DNA of 62,941 bases, the filler included, from Octopus bimaculoides (lineage: Eukaryota): the NCBI RefSeq assembly GCF_001194135.2. It is 6 parts of 6 records of this genome, joined end to end, with 100 filler letters (N's around TTAATTAATTAA, not from the genome) between each part and the next. Parts side by side here need not be neighbours in the genome. Positions count along the whole stretch, not along the records: positions 28,025 to 41,946 come from NC_068989.1; positions 42,047 to 44,677 come from NC_068997.1; positions 44,778 to 53,295 come from NC_068983.1; 3 more parts are not named here. One strand, 5' to 3'. The translations under genes and the position numbers were made by a program. Position 1 is the first letter of the stretch. Each line of letters begins with the position of its first letter. The notes beneath the pieces were generated by a model. The model saw nothing but the letters and a program-made list of their open reading frames with translations, did not search any database and was not told the DNA's origin. Below, one piece after another: positions 40,705 to 53,395 of this stretch.

Positions 40705-41012
40705 AAAGTACCATTTTGAGTATGGTTGTTGCCAGTGCCGCCTTATTGGCTCCTGTGCTGGTGGTACGTAAAAAGCACCATTCAAGCATGGTCAATGCCA
40801 GTACCGCCTGGCTGGCTCTCATGCTAGTGGCATGTAAAAATCACCCACTACACTCTCGAAGTGGTTGGCGTTAGGAAGGGCATCCAGCTGTAGAAACTTT
40901 GCCAGATTGGATAGGAGCCTGGTGCAGTCTTCTGGCATGCCAGCCCTCAGTCAAACTATCCAACCCATGCCAGCATGGAAAGTGGACATTAAATGACGGT
41001 GATGATGATGAT
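40705..41012 (+). mobile_element. Extreme 3'UTR of the same RTE family (or an RTE-tailed SINE)
   Basis: Two roughly 60-bp tandem units (gccagt..gtaaaaa.cacc) homologous to the reverse complement of 39370-39430; ends ggcgttaggaagggcatccagc...(GAT)n. Confidence 0.72.
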
Positions 41013-41876
41013 AGAGCTATTCTCTAATAACTCTGTTCTTTTCATTTGCATTTAAGTAGACTTTTTTATTCTCCCACAAAAATTTCATTCTTCTTCAAAA
41101 TAACTTCTTTAAATATACACCATACCTTATATTACTTATATAACATATAACTATCAAGTCATTACCTGATTCAAATATAACTATGTTATCCCATTGGATA
41201 TCTCTATCTTATTTCCTTGATAAATACTTTATTTGGAGTGTATATTACTAAAATACTTTTTTTTTCTTAAACATCTTTCACTTATATTTCCAAATAGCTG
41301 TTAACTGCATGAGATTTAGTTTTTTTCACAACTAGACTCAACAACACTTTTTTTTTAGTATGCTCATGATCTTTCATAAAGATAAAATATGTATATCCGA
41401 ATATGTTATTTGCAACTTCCTCCATCAAATTTTCTGTAACAATAATAATTTTGTGATGCATTCTTTTTTTTTGGCATTGAGGAGCAGAGTAAAATGTAAT
41501 TAATTTAATTTAATTAATTTCTAATTATTCTGCCAGGTTATTTACATGTTAATATTGCTGTTTGAAACACTTGTATGCATATGTTAAATTCTGTTTTAAA
41601 ATTTTAACATCATCTCTTCTCCAACTTTAACAGTCTGTTGAGTTTCTATGGGATACCTTTCCATAAATTCTCATCACATACCATATACATGTAATAATTT
41701 CATATTCGCAAAAAAATTTATGCCAGTAAGCTACCAACGAAATACAAAGAATCTTTTTTAGAAATCGCCCCTTTGGAACCCTCTGCAGTAAAAGATACTT
41801 TGAACTCCACCTTTGTGCACGCGCATGCACATACGTGCACACACATAATTATATATATGTTATGTATAATATGTAT

Positions 41877-41935
41877 AGGCGGTGCTCCAGCATGGCCACA
41901 GTCAAATGACTGACACAAGTAAGAGTAAAAGAGAT
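41877..41935 (+). mobile_element. 3' tail of CORE-like SINE
   Basis: ggcggtgctccagcatggccacagtcaaatgactgacacaagtaagagtaaaagag. Confidence 0.8.
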
Positions 41936-41946
41936 ATATATTTTAT

Positions 41947-42046
41947 NNNNNNNNNNNNNNNNNNNNNNNNNNNNNNNNNNNNNNNNNNNNTTAATTAATT
42001 AANNNNNNNNNNNNNNNNNNNNNNNNNNNNNNNNNNNNNNNNNNNN
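41947..42046. other. Artificial assembly spacer (44N-TTAATTAATTAA-44N)
   Basis: Same 44+12+44 structure. Confidence 0.95.
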
Positions 42047-42048
42047 TA

Positions 42049-42080
<32 letters not shown>

Positions 42081-42136
42081 CATACATATATATACATATA
42101 TATACATATATATACACACATATATATGTATATATT

Positions 42137-42208
<72 letters not shown>

Positions 42209-42420
42209 GTTCAGCATGAGTGGCAGTTTCAAGATTGATAGCCTTTGAACAAACTGCATACGACGAATGTCATTTGCAAATTCAAATTTGGATATTAATT
42301 ACTTAAAACACAGTAACCGTAGCTGTTACATTCGGCACACATGTATCGTATGTTCTCGTTGGCAAACCTTGCTTCTATAATAAGAATCCTCAGAAACATA
42401 CCATATCATACACCATAAAA

Positions 42421-42810
42421 GAGTGGTGAATTGGAAGAATATGCAGGGTGACGAAGGAAAAGTTTTGTCGTATTTTCTTTCGGCTCTTTATGATCTCAGT
42501 TCATCTTCCATCGATTGTCGACTTGGCTTTTCATCTATCAAGAGTTGATAAAATAGACTATATTCGCTCTCTTCGAATTTCTTGTCTTGTACTAAATTAG
42601 AAAGTATTAAGTTGTGTTAATAGAACCGTTAAAGCATGAGAAAAATGTCTTGTGATATTTGTTCCGTCTCTTTAATTATTGAGTTCAAATACTGCCTTGG
42701 ACCTTTTTGCCAATCATCCTTCAGCGATGGATAAAAAGAAGCATCGGTCGATTAACCCTTCCCTTTACAATTGCTGGATTTGCGTCTAAGTTAGAAACCA
42801 TTCTTCTTCG
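42421..42810 (+). mobile_element. Two degenerate Nin-like SINEs
   Basis: gtcgacttggcttttcatctatcaagagttgataaaatag and gagttcaaatactgcc..atcatccttcagcgatggataaaa. Confidence 0.55.
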
Positions 42811-44049
42811 TCTTTCAATTTTGTTTCCATTTCTTGCAGAGTGTCATCCCAACACCTAGGGCAAAGAAGCTCACTGTATACATTGGTAGGCCATAAAAAT
42901 AAACACACCAGATTGTTCATTTACAAAGTCATGTGATAGAAAAAAGAGGAAGAAAGAAAGAAGAGGAAAGAAAAAATTTTTTAAAAAGGAAAAGAATGCA
43001 AAAAGATGCAAAGAAAAAATTATTATTATTATTCGTTGCTGATGCATATTAGCGTTTGTCTACAATTCACTCTGAAATCAAAAGAATTTTGTCAAGTGGT
43101 GTAAAAGAATTTTCCTCCTAAAAGACCTTGAAAAAAATGTTTTGTTTTGGACAAAGTTCTTTTTTTACATTACCGTAAAAAATAGCGATGTATATTTCAC
43201 GCCAAACCCCGAAAAATAGCTATAAAAATAGNNNNNNNNNNNNNNNNNNNNNNNNNNNNNNNNNNNNNNNNNNNNNNNNNNNNNNNNNNNNNNNNNNNNN
43301 NNNNNNNNNNNNNNNNNNNNNNNNNNNNNNNNNNNNNNNNNNNNNNNNNNNNNNNNNNNNNNNNNNNNNNNNNNNNNNNNNNNNNNNNNNNNNNNNNNNN
43401 NNNNNNNNNNNNNNNNNNNNNNNNNNNNNNNNNNNNNNNNNNNNNNNNNNNNNNNNNNNNNNNNNNNNNNNNNNNNNNNNNNNNNNNNNNNNNNNNNNNN
43501 NNNNNNNNNNNNNNNNNNNNNNNNNNNNNNNNNNNNNNNNNNNNNNNNNNNNNNNNNNNNNNNNNNNNNNNNNNNNNNNNNNNNNNNNNNNNNNNNNNNN
43601 NNNNNNNNNNNNNNNNNNNNNNNNNNNNNNNNNNNNNNNNNNNNNNNNNNNNNNNNNNNNNNNNNNNNNNNNNNNNNNNNNNNNNNNNNNNNNNNNNNNN
43701 NNNNNNNNNNNNNNNNNNNNNNNNNNNNNNNNNNNNNNNNNNNNNNNNNNNNNNNNNNNNNNNNNNNNNNNNNNNNNNNNNNNNNNNNNNNNNNNNNNNN
43801 NNNNNNNNNNNNNNNNNNNNNNNNNNNNNNNNNNNNNNNNNNNNNNNNNNNNNNNNNNNNNNNNNNNNNNNNNNNNNNNNNNNNNNNNNNNNNNNNNNNN
43901 NNNNNNNNNNNNNNNNNNNNNNNNNNNNNNNNNNNNNNNNNNNNNNNNNNNNNNNNNNNNNNNNNNNNNNNNNNNNNNNNNNNNNNNNNNNNNNNNNNNN
44001 NNNNNNNNNNNNNNNNNNNNNNNNNNNNNNNNNNNNNNNNNNNNNNNNN

Positions 44050-44081
<32 letters not shown>

Positions 44082-44374
44082 TGAGTATATGTGTGCGTGT
44101 ATGCATACGCATATGCACACGCGCCCACACACATACATAAAACAACAATGTCGACAATAAGATCGACAACAGCATTAACGAAAATGTGCAGTTATTTTAA
44201 AATGACATTTTAATAAGAAACATAATTGCTTTAAACTTTAACAGTTTCTGCACTTTAAAGGCAGTTTGACTAAAATAACTGCTAGGCTTTTTAAGACCGA
44301 ACTGCAGTACTTAATCACAATTTCTAAGAAAATTGAACCCACGTCTATTGTTGTTTATGAGATTTCTAAATAAT

Positions 44375-44389
44375 CTATCTATCTATCTA

Positions 44390-44428
<39 letters not shown>

Positions 44429-44429
44429 G

Positions 44430-44472
<43 letters not shown>

Positions 44473-44478
44473 GTCTGT
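44375..44478. repeat. (TCTA)/(TCTG)n microsatellite
   Basis: Direct inspection. Confidence 0.93.
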
Positions 44479-44479
44479 C

Positions 44480-44677
44480 ATGTTTGGAGGCGTCTTGGCA
44501 GCTGTCTACTGCAACTGGCAGCAAAACGGGAGCATCCCCGTCTTTGTAAAACGAGGAGCAGTGGCACTACTAAAGAAAGACCCAAACAAGGGGAACATCA
44601 TAGATAATTTTCGGCCCATCACTCTGCTCAACGTAGATTTGAAAATTTTGGCGAAAGTGTTAGCCGAGAGGTTGGCG
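44480..44677 (+). mobile_element. L1/Tx1-like LINE RT fragment, cut by spacer
   Basis: RGAVALLKKDPNKG..IDNFRPITLLNVDLKILAKVLAERL. Confidence 0.85.
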
Positions 44678-44777
44678 NNNNNNNNNNNNNNNNNNNNNNN
44701 NNNNNNNNNNNNNNNNNNNNNTTAATTAATTAANNNNNNNNNNNNNNNNNNNNNNNNNNNNNNNNNNNNNNNNNNNN
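44678..44777. other. Artificial assembly spacer (44N-TTAATTAATTAA-44N)
   Basis: Same 44+12+44 structure. Confidence 0.95.
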
Positions 44778-44820
44778 ATATATATATATATATACATACA
44801 TACATACATACATACATACA

Positions 44821-44851
<31 letters not shown>

Positions 44852-44858
44852 CTATCTA

Positions 44859-45110
44859 TCTTATATATAAATGGCAATTTCTGTCTGTCCTTCTATCCGT
44901 CTGTCTGTCACCATCTTGGTGCCCAAACCAGGGAACCAATCAGCACCAATCTTTGTATACATGTTGAACTAACATCCAGTTCAATTATAGGCTAATTGGA
45001 TTTCAATAAAAATCGATAATGGACCGAGTACGGTGCGAGGACTACTACATGATAAAATGAGAGGAGTGCAAAAGTGGTAGGGTCAGGAAAATGTGGCATA
45101 ATGAGGCTGG
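44859..45110 (+). mobile_element. Possible Helitron-like 5' end
   Basis: A|TCTTATATATAAA followed by (TGTC)n and accaatcagcaccaatctttgtatacatg, resembling non-autonomous Helitron 5' ends. No 3' end found. Confidence 0.45.
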
Positions 45111-45277
45111 CTGATATCAGGGAAGGGGTGGAGACAGAAAGAGGTAGACACACAGAGAATGTGAGAGAGAGAGAGATAACGACAGACAGAGACGTCTTCC
45201 ATATATATAAAAGAGTTTGCATGCACGTGTGTGGGGGTGAGTGAGTGTGCGTATCTGACATATGCATTCAAAAACTG

Positions 45278-45319
45278 AGTAGATAGATAGATAGATAGAT
45301 AGATAGCTAGATAGATAGC

Positions 45320-45378
<59 letters not shown>
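45278..45378. repeat. (GATA)n microsatellite
   Basis: Direct inspection. Confidence 0.95.
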
Positions 45379-46967
45379 GTATCGCAATTTTACAACCGAA
45401 AGGCAGAAATATACACGTCACTAAAGTGCACAAGTCAGCGCCATTATTGCCAGTATTATTATATGTTTCTGTCTTTCGGTTGTAAAATTGCGAAAAGACC
45501 ACCCTTATTTATAATTTTCACTTTTACCGTTTGGAAATCAGCGTATGATTTCTACGATAATCTCATAAACTGACAAGGCAAATCGAATTTAACCCAAGGT
45601 ATTGACGAGCATTAGAATGAATGCGAAATCACTGTGATCTGGCTATGACTAGGCGCTGAGGGAGCTTGCCTCCCTCGTCACTCATTAAGATAAGGTTCTT
45701 CTTATGGCTCTATTAAGATAAGGTGCTTCTTATTTCTAGCAACAATGGTGCTGACCAGTGCCCTCGGTCACTTTAGTGACGTATATATATATATATATAT
45801 NNNNNNNNNNNNNNNNNNNNNNNNNNNNNNNNNNNNNNNNNNNNNNNNNNNNNNNNNNNNNNNNNNNNNNNNNNNNNNNNNNNNNNNNNNNNNNNNNNNN
45901 NNNNNNNNNNNNNNNNNNNNNNNNNNNNNNNNNNNNNNNNNNNNNNNNNNNNNNNNNNNNNNNNNNNNNNNNNNNNNNNNNNNNNNNNNNNNNNNNNNNN
46001 NNNNNNNNNNNNNNNNNNNNNNNNNNNNNNNNNNNNNNNNNNNNNNNNNNNNNNNNNNNNNNNNNNNNNNNNNNNNNNNNNNNNNNNNNNNNNNNNNNNN
46101 NNNNNNNNNNNNNNNNNNNNNNNNNNNNNNNNNNNNNNNNNNNNNNNNNNNNNNNNNNNNNNNNNNNNNNNNNNNNNNNNNNNNNNNNNNNNNNNNNNNN
46201 NNNNNNNNNNNNNNNNNNNNNNNNNNNNNNNNNNNNNNNNNNNNNNNNNNNNNNNNNNNNNNNNNNNNNNNNNNNNNNNNNNNNNNNNNNNNNNNNNNNN
46301 NNNNNNNNNNNNNNNNNNNNNNNNNNNNNNNNNNNNNNNNNNNNNNNNNNNNNNNNNNNNNNNNNNNNNNNNNNNNNNNNNNNNNNNNNNNNNNNNNNNN
46401 NNNNNNNNNNNNNNNNNNNNNNNNNNNNNNNNNNNNNNNNNNNNNNNNNNNNNNNNNNNNNNNNNNNNNNNNNNNNNNNNNNNNNNNNNNNNNNNNNNNN
46501 NNNNNNNNNNNNNNNNNNNNNNNNNNNNNNNNNNNNNNNNNNNNNNNNNNNNNNNNNNNNNNNNNNNNNNNNNNNNNNNNNNNNNNNNNNNNNNNNNNNN
46601 NNNNNNNNNNNNNNNNNNNNNNNNNNNNNNNNNNNNNNNNNNNNNNNNNNNNNNNNNNNNNNNNNNNNNNNNNNNNNNNNNNNNNNNNNNNNNNNNNNNN
46701 NNNNATATATATATATATATGGTGGTTGTCTACTCCTTAAACAGAGTTTGACCACCTCCTGCACCTACACCTTAGCCCTTTCATGGCGTCTGATGTGGCT
46801 TTTTAAACCAGAGAGTGTTTTGAAAAAACACCCACACAGATTGCACCTCTGATTTGCACTACCAATACCTGCAAGTAAGTTCTGCTCATTGTGGATCCTA
46901 ACATGTCTTTTAAGACCCCCATTGGATTTGCAATATATATATATATATATATTTTACCCAAGCATAG

Positions 46968-47004
<37 letters not shown>

Positions 47005-48864
47005 CATGGATACATAAATATAATCATACAAATATATACAAACGCATACATACAGACAGTCAGACAGATATACACAGATATAAACATGTACTGTGACCTA
47101 CGCAAATTTTTAGCCACCTGTAGATTTTTCGTTTCGGTGTTATTTTATTACATTTATTTCCTCTTGTTTTGCACGTACAGCATAATTTTTATTGTGTTTT
47201 TAGATCAATTGCACTTCAGCCTGATAAAACACAACGACGAAAATTATTTCTTCATTGTTTGTTCATTTACACGGCAAAGAGAGATAGAATTGTTCTGCCA
47301 GGGGCCACAGTTTTTTTTTTTTATATACTTTTTTTCCTTAGTGAAGTAAATTTAAGTTGAATGGGAAAATGTGTGTAAGNNNNNNNNNNNNNNNNNNNNN
47401 NNNNNNNNNNNNNNNNNNNNNNNNNNNNNNNNNNNNNNNNNNNNNNNNNNNNNNNNNNNNNNNNNNNNNNNNNNNNNNNNNNNNNNNNNNNNNNNNNNNN
47501 NNNNNNNNNNNNNNNNNNNNNNNNNNNNNNNNNNNNNNNNNNNNNNNNNNNNNNNNNNNNNNNNNNNNNNNNNNNNNNNNNNNNNNNNNNNNNNNNNNNN
47601 NNNNNNNNNNNNNNNNNNNNNNNNNAACAAACATGTTACGGAGTAATCCTTATAGAGGGAGTTGTTTTTAATATTGGTGCTGATTATTTCCAGTTTAGTT
47701 TTGGATTTAGTATTCTAATAAAGTATTCTTCTTTTGCCTTTCGTACTTGATCACTTTCTTTTTATATTTTGAAAAGAAAAAAAAAAAGAAATGTATTGAA
47801 TTTTACATTTAGACAAGATGTCTACATGCTTACTACATACGATGATCCTAATTTGCTGCTTGTGCACTCTGACACGGTTAATTAATTTTGTTTCTGTTCT
47901 TCTTATGTAATTCTCACTGCATTGTAGGCATGCGATGCAATAAATTAAATTTTTTTGTTTCGCAACACATGCTTACATTCACCTTCAATTTCTCTCTATT
48001 CATGAATGTTTCGGTTGTGTTTTCTTTAATTATTTCACACGTCCCAAAGCGAGGGTCTTCACAGTTTGTTACCTGCGTTATTTCTTTCTCTGATGTGAAT
48101 TTCGCTTTTGTTAAATATCTTTGAGATTCGGTAGTTGTCTTTGACTTTCAATAATTTACGATTCTTTAATTATTTGTCGGAGATTCGAAGATGTAGAATA
48201 GCGGAGTTTTATAGCTTTCTATAGTATATCCATGCTAGATAACATATACAGAATGTTAATTTGAATATATTCTACAAATTTCTACCCAGTCAACCTGGCT
48301 ATCTGCGACACCGATAATTTCTGCATCAGTAGAGGTTAAATTTGTCTAAACATACAGTTGTTAGTGAATGCTTGGCACTAAAGACGCACAAAAAAAAAAC
48401 GGATGTCAAGAGTTAGCAATTCCACTGTCGCTTCTGGACGATTTGTCTGCTACTGATATACTTCTATGCTTTTTCGAACTATTATACGTCTATACGAGAT
48501 GCTTTCCTGAGACAAACATCGTAGTTTTATGACTTTCTACGGTAGATCCGCGTTAAGTAAGATACACAGTATGCTATTTTAAACTAATACTGCCTCCGTT
48601 GCTAATGTGAATATATACGTGTGTGTGAGTGTATAAGTGTGTGTGTGTGTGTGTGTGGGTGTGTGTATGTGTGTGGAGGGAGAGATGGAGTGGGAGAGAG
48701 AGAGAGGGAGGGAAAGAGAAGGGAATAGAGAGTGAGAAGAAGCAGAAGGCTAACAGACAGTGAAATTGTGAGGAAAGGTTGGGGAAGAGAGAATATTTAG
48801 GTCATACCTGAAAAAGAATAACGAATTAAAGAAAAGAAAAAATAAGAATAAATGACGGGAAAAT

Positions 48865-48865
<1 letters not shown>

Positions 48866-48918
<53 letters not shown>

Positions 48919-49245
48919 NNNNNNNNNNGGGTGTTATGAGACAAGTGGTAGAGGAGAGTGGATTTGCTAAGGAATTTGAGGACTGTAACCAAACACACAA
49001 TATAGAATAGGTACACGCTTACATAAATGCATACAAACACACCTATATGCTTATGCGTGTGTGTATGCGTGTGTATGTGTGTCTATGTGTATGTGTGCGT
49101 GTGTATATTAATGTTTAGATACAGGTAGTCACATCGACACACAGAGAACGCCGTCCCCTCCAGCTAACAATTTTGTGAGTTACCATCTATCCGAACAACC
49201 AAGCACACACACCTCAACTCTCTATCTCCCCATCTCTTTACCTTA

Positions 49246-49327
<82 letters not shown>

Positions 49328-49400
49328 TCTCTCTGTCTATCTATCTATCTAGCTAGCTAGCTATCTATCTCTACCTATTTATCTATCTACCTATCTATCT
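48866..49400. repeat. (GA)n at 48866-48918 and complementary (CT)n/(CTAT)n at 49250-49400
   Basis: Direct inspection. Confidence 0.9.
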
Positions 49401-50204
49401 CTCTCCATGTTTTTTCTTCTTATCCACATCCTATCTCACGCTACAAGCTATTATAGGTGGTTCCTATAAAGTTGTTATCCACCCCTAATTGGAACTCTCC
49501 CGTATGACATGTACGCATGCTCAGTGACTTGCTTTAACAGTTGCAATCAGCTGAATGCACATTGCCAGTGACCTTTGACATAATTACCCACACTCTGTGG
49601 TCAGGATTCTTTTTTTGGTTTGATGTCGGTATTGAAAGGATTACCGGACAATACAGTGACAGCAGCTTTCACTCACATCGTGGTATTCGATGCTGTGTAC
49701 GTGTCTGTCGTGGTAAAATATGCCACTCCTTAACTGTTGCTTTGCTTTCATCCGTAGCACGAGGTAATTATGTCATTATCTGTGAAATTCGGCAACTTAC
49801 AAAGATCTTTAGATCAGGCAATACTTCACCGAGAGGAGATATAAGCTTCAATCAAGTCTGCCTTTCTTCCAGTAACATACTGTCCATATAATCTTAAATA
49901 TTTCTTTAACTCAGGCACAGTAAGTACTTCGATAGCTGAATCATCAAGCTGTTTTATATCCATGATAAGACGTAAAACAATAACAATGGCGTGGGTAGTC
50001 TCCGGAAATTTAATTATCTACATGGAGCGCCGCCTAGCCAAGGGAGATAACCTACTTATAGGAAAGCCCTATATCCTACCATTGTCGCCATTTCTTTAAC
50101 CACTGCTTTTAGTTATGTTGTCACTATTACTATACCATCTCAGTAACCACTACAGCTACTACCACCAATACTGCCAGCATAGTCGCAGCTCCTGTGAAGC
50201 CACT

Positions 50205-50530
50205 GCGAAGGCGTATGGCTCAGTAGTTAGAGCAATCGGACTCACAATCATGAGGTAATGAGTTCGATTCCCGGGCTGCGTGTTGTGTTCTTGAGCAAGA
50301 CACTTTATTTCACGTTGCCCCAGTTCACTCAGCTGTAGAAATGAGTTGTGACGTCATTGTACTAAGTTGTACTGCCCTTTGCCTTTCCTTTGAATAACAT
50401 CAGTGGCATGGAGAAGGGAGGCCGCCGGTCTTCCATAAACAACCTTGCCCAGACTTGTGCCTTGAGGGGGGGGGTTACTTTCTAGGTGCAATTCCATGGT
50501 CATTTATGACAGAAGCGGATGTTTACCCTT
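50205..50530 (+). mobile_element. tRNA-derived SINE, third head type
   Basis: A box tggctcagtagttag, B box gagttcgattccc, then gtgttgtgttcttgagcaagacactttatttcacgttgccccagttcactcagctg. Confidence 0.82.
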
Positions 50531-50948
50531 TTGTTTTAGACAGCCCCTAATAAACGCAAAGCAATATCAAGCCATTACAAACGGGTTCCTCTTTTATAAG
50601 ACGTTCACCTTGCTAGAAATAGCATCCAAATCTCCCTAAAATCACAGCTCAACTGTCTTATAAAAGGACTCGTTGGATAATTTAATCTTGAGTTTCCTGT
50701 GTTTGTGAAACTGCTGTAATATCTTTGATAACACATCTTTCAATCAAGATTGACCGCAGCTAAGAAACAGCTTTAACTATTACAACTGCTACGAAGTACC
50801 CTTGCGGTTGCTCGACCTGAAAAATCAAACTTACATGTATCAAGTGTTTTATAAACATGATAAAAAAATACTCAATACAGGAGTAGAGTATAAAAATTTG
50901 TTGTAGCTCTGAGGTTGCTCTCTGCTACTAATCAGTTTCTTGATCGCG

Positions 50949-50950
<2 letters not shown>

Positions 50951-50997
<47 letters not shown>

Positions 50998-51026
50998 ATA
51001 TATACATATGTGTGTGTGTGTGTGTG

Positions 51027-51104
<78 letters not shown>

Positions 51105-51118
51105 GATATATATAGATA
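50951..51118. repeat. Compound (AT)/(GT)/(GATA) microsatellite
   Basis: Direct inspection. Confidence 0.93.
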
Positions 51119-52669
51119 TGCCTCAGTAAAATAAATATTGATGTTATGCAAAGAATGTCAGACAAGTACAAATTTCGATCTCGAAAATGTCTCGCGCATA
51201 ACAAAATATTGGAAAATTTGGAATCTAATCTTTATCTAATGATCAAAATGTTACGATTCAAAAAACTGTAATAACGATTTTAAAAAGTTTCTTATTAAAA
51301 TAAGAATTAAAACTGCAAGTATATTCTTCCAGACAAAACTAAAAAAAAAAAAATCTTCATTAACTGACATTTCTACGTACAATGAAATTCTTTCAAATAA
51401 TAAAACAAACCATTGAAAAATTCTTAACACAAAGAATACTATCAATATGAAATATGTGCACTATGATATCAACTTAAGATAGGTGACAGAGCTGAATGTC
51501 TTGAGCATCAACCATATATAACTTTGAAATTCAGCAAGGAGAGCATTTTATCTATTCCTAAGTGTGAACTAATTCATCCGAAAAAGTACGAATTACATGT
51601 AATTGAATTTATTTTAGCTTCCATTAATTCAAAAAATTAACAGCCAACTAGTTTAGCTTTATAGAATAACAGCATGTCTGTAATTAAGAGGGTTAATAGC
51701 ATAGAAGCTAAAGGAAATTTTAAAATCATTCAATTTGACATGATGAAGTTTTATCTCCCTATTACAAAAAGTTTGATTCTAAAACTTCAACATTTGGTAA
51801 TTCATTGTGTGACATTAATAGTATGGATATTAAAGTTATAATGAATGCTCGAAAGTCGTTGCTTTTCCATGACAATTCTTTAGCACAAAGCATAATGTAG
51901 TTCTATGCAGTTCTACAGAAAGTTACAACAGAGGAGATGTTTCTGCACTATTCGCTTTTTAAACATTAGACAAACTTTGTATAGAAACGACTGATCGTGT
52001 AGTACTAAGACGCTACCTTATATGGATTCAGAAAACAATTCATAAGCACATCAAGAAATATTTAAAGTGATTAATTTCCCGAAATAATACATTAAACCTA
52101 AATGCAAACATATTTTCTCTTCAGATAACCTAATATAAATAAGACACCTAAACACCTGCTCACTAGATTTTTCATAGTCTTGAAAAATCTAGTGAGTAGT
52201 ATTAGAAGACAAATTGTCAACATCTCTTTTCATGAAGAATATTTTAACCTTATATATTATAATAATGCTTTAGTTGTATTAGTTCAAATTAGTAATCTGT
52301 ATTTCATACTTAAAGCATATGTACTTTTGAAAGGCTTCTAAATTGCAGTACGTCTCAATAAAGCATCTCTTATAGACGTGTTGAGTTAAAATATACACAG
52401 GCATACTAATTCCGTTACTATTAACGAATTTTTATTCAGCCTGCCAGCTAAATGCAAAGTCAGTTGTGGTAGTGGTGGTGGTGGTGGTGGTGGTGGTAGT
52501 GGAAGAGGAGGAGTTGCTGGAGCTATTGTCAGTGTTGTTATTTCTGGGCGTGAGACTGGTAGTTCCACTGTTGCTGGCGTAACAGTTATCTCCGGCTGTA
52601 ATGCTGGTGCTGGTCGCCGCTACCATTGTTGTTGCCTTTGTTGCTCGATGTGCTGCTGTTGTTACTCTG

Positions 52670-53115
52670 GCCAGTTACAACTACGACCTCATATACGACC
52701 CCTCGGCCTCGAATTGGCCTCCCACTAAGCAGTCATTGTACTACCTACATGAACAACCGCCGTTTGCTTGCGTTTTAAGGATGTTCACTAAAGTTTTTTT
52801 CAATGCTGGTTGAGCAACTAAAGGAGACCCTTAGGTTGTGCTTATTGAACAAACGTCCGTACCTGTGTGACTGCGTAAAGTGCCTGTCCACTAAACTAAG
52901 GAAAATCTTTCCCACACAAGTTTTAAGATTGGGAGAGAGAGGTGAGGTAAACCAAATGACCTTCCGGTGGTGCTTCCTTTTGCGGGTGCTAGGGTCCAGC
53001 ATATAGGAGATGCGGGTCTTAAACCACTGGACGCCAGGGTCTCGTCATAATAGGGAAGACGCGACGTCGAGGTCTCTTGATTCGATGACATGTTCGAGAT
53101 GCTTCTTTTTCGGCT
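52670..53115 (-). mobile_element. Penelope-like element fragment (RT-to-GIY-YIG linker region)
   Basis: RKRKHHRKVIWFTSPLSPNLKTCVGKIFLSLVDRHF..HRYGRLFNKHNLRVSFSC, then a CxC..C..G...VVY-like segment. Confidence 0.8.
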
Positions 53116-53295
53116 ATATGATCTAAACAGATAGATAGAATGATAGATAGGCATGTAGGTAGGTAAGTAGGTAGGTAGGTAAGAAGGTAGGTAGATAGGT
53201 ATAGATTGATATAGATACATAGATCGATCGATCATATATCCGAAAAAGAAACATTTCAAACCTATATATATATTTATATATATATATATATATAT

Positions 53296-53395
53296 NNNNN
53301 NNNNNNNNNNNNNNNNNNNNNNNNNNNNNNNNNNNNNNNTTAATTAATTAANNNNNNNNNNNNNNNNNNNNNNNNNNNNNNNNNNNNNNNNNNNN
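53296..53395. other. Artificial assembly spacer (44N-TTAATTAATTAA-44N)
   Basis: Same structure; truncates the protocadherin ORF. Confidence 0.95.

Noticed and set aside
50205-50290. tRNA-gene-like A/B boxes here and at 11870-11940, 15909 and 27193
   Set aside because: No complete cloverleaf, and they continue into repeat bodies; these are SINE heads, not tRNA genes.
51683-51696. AGAGGG|TTAA, a piggyBac-like terminus
   Set aside because: No partner TTAA|CCC end found; too short to call.
52386-52626. Poly-Pro/poly-Thr ORFs
   Set aside because: Derived from a (GGT)n repeat and adjacent low-complexity DNA; no splice or homology support.
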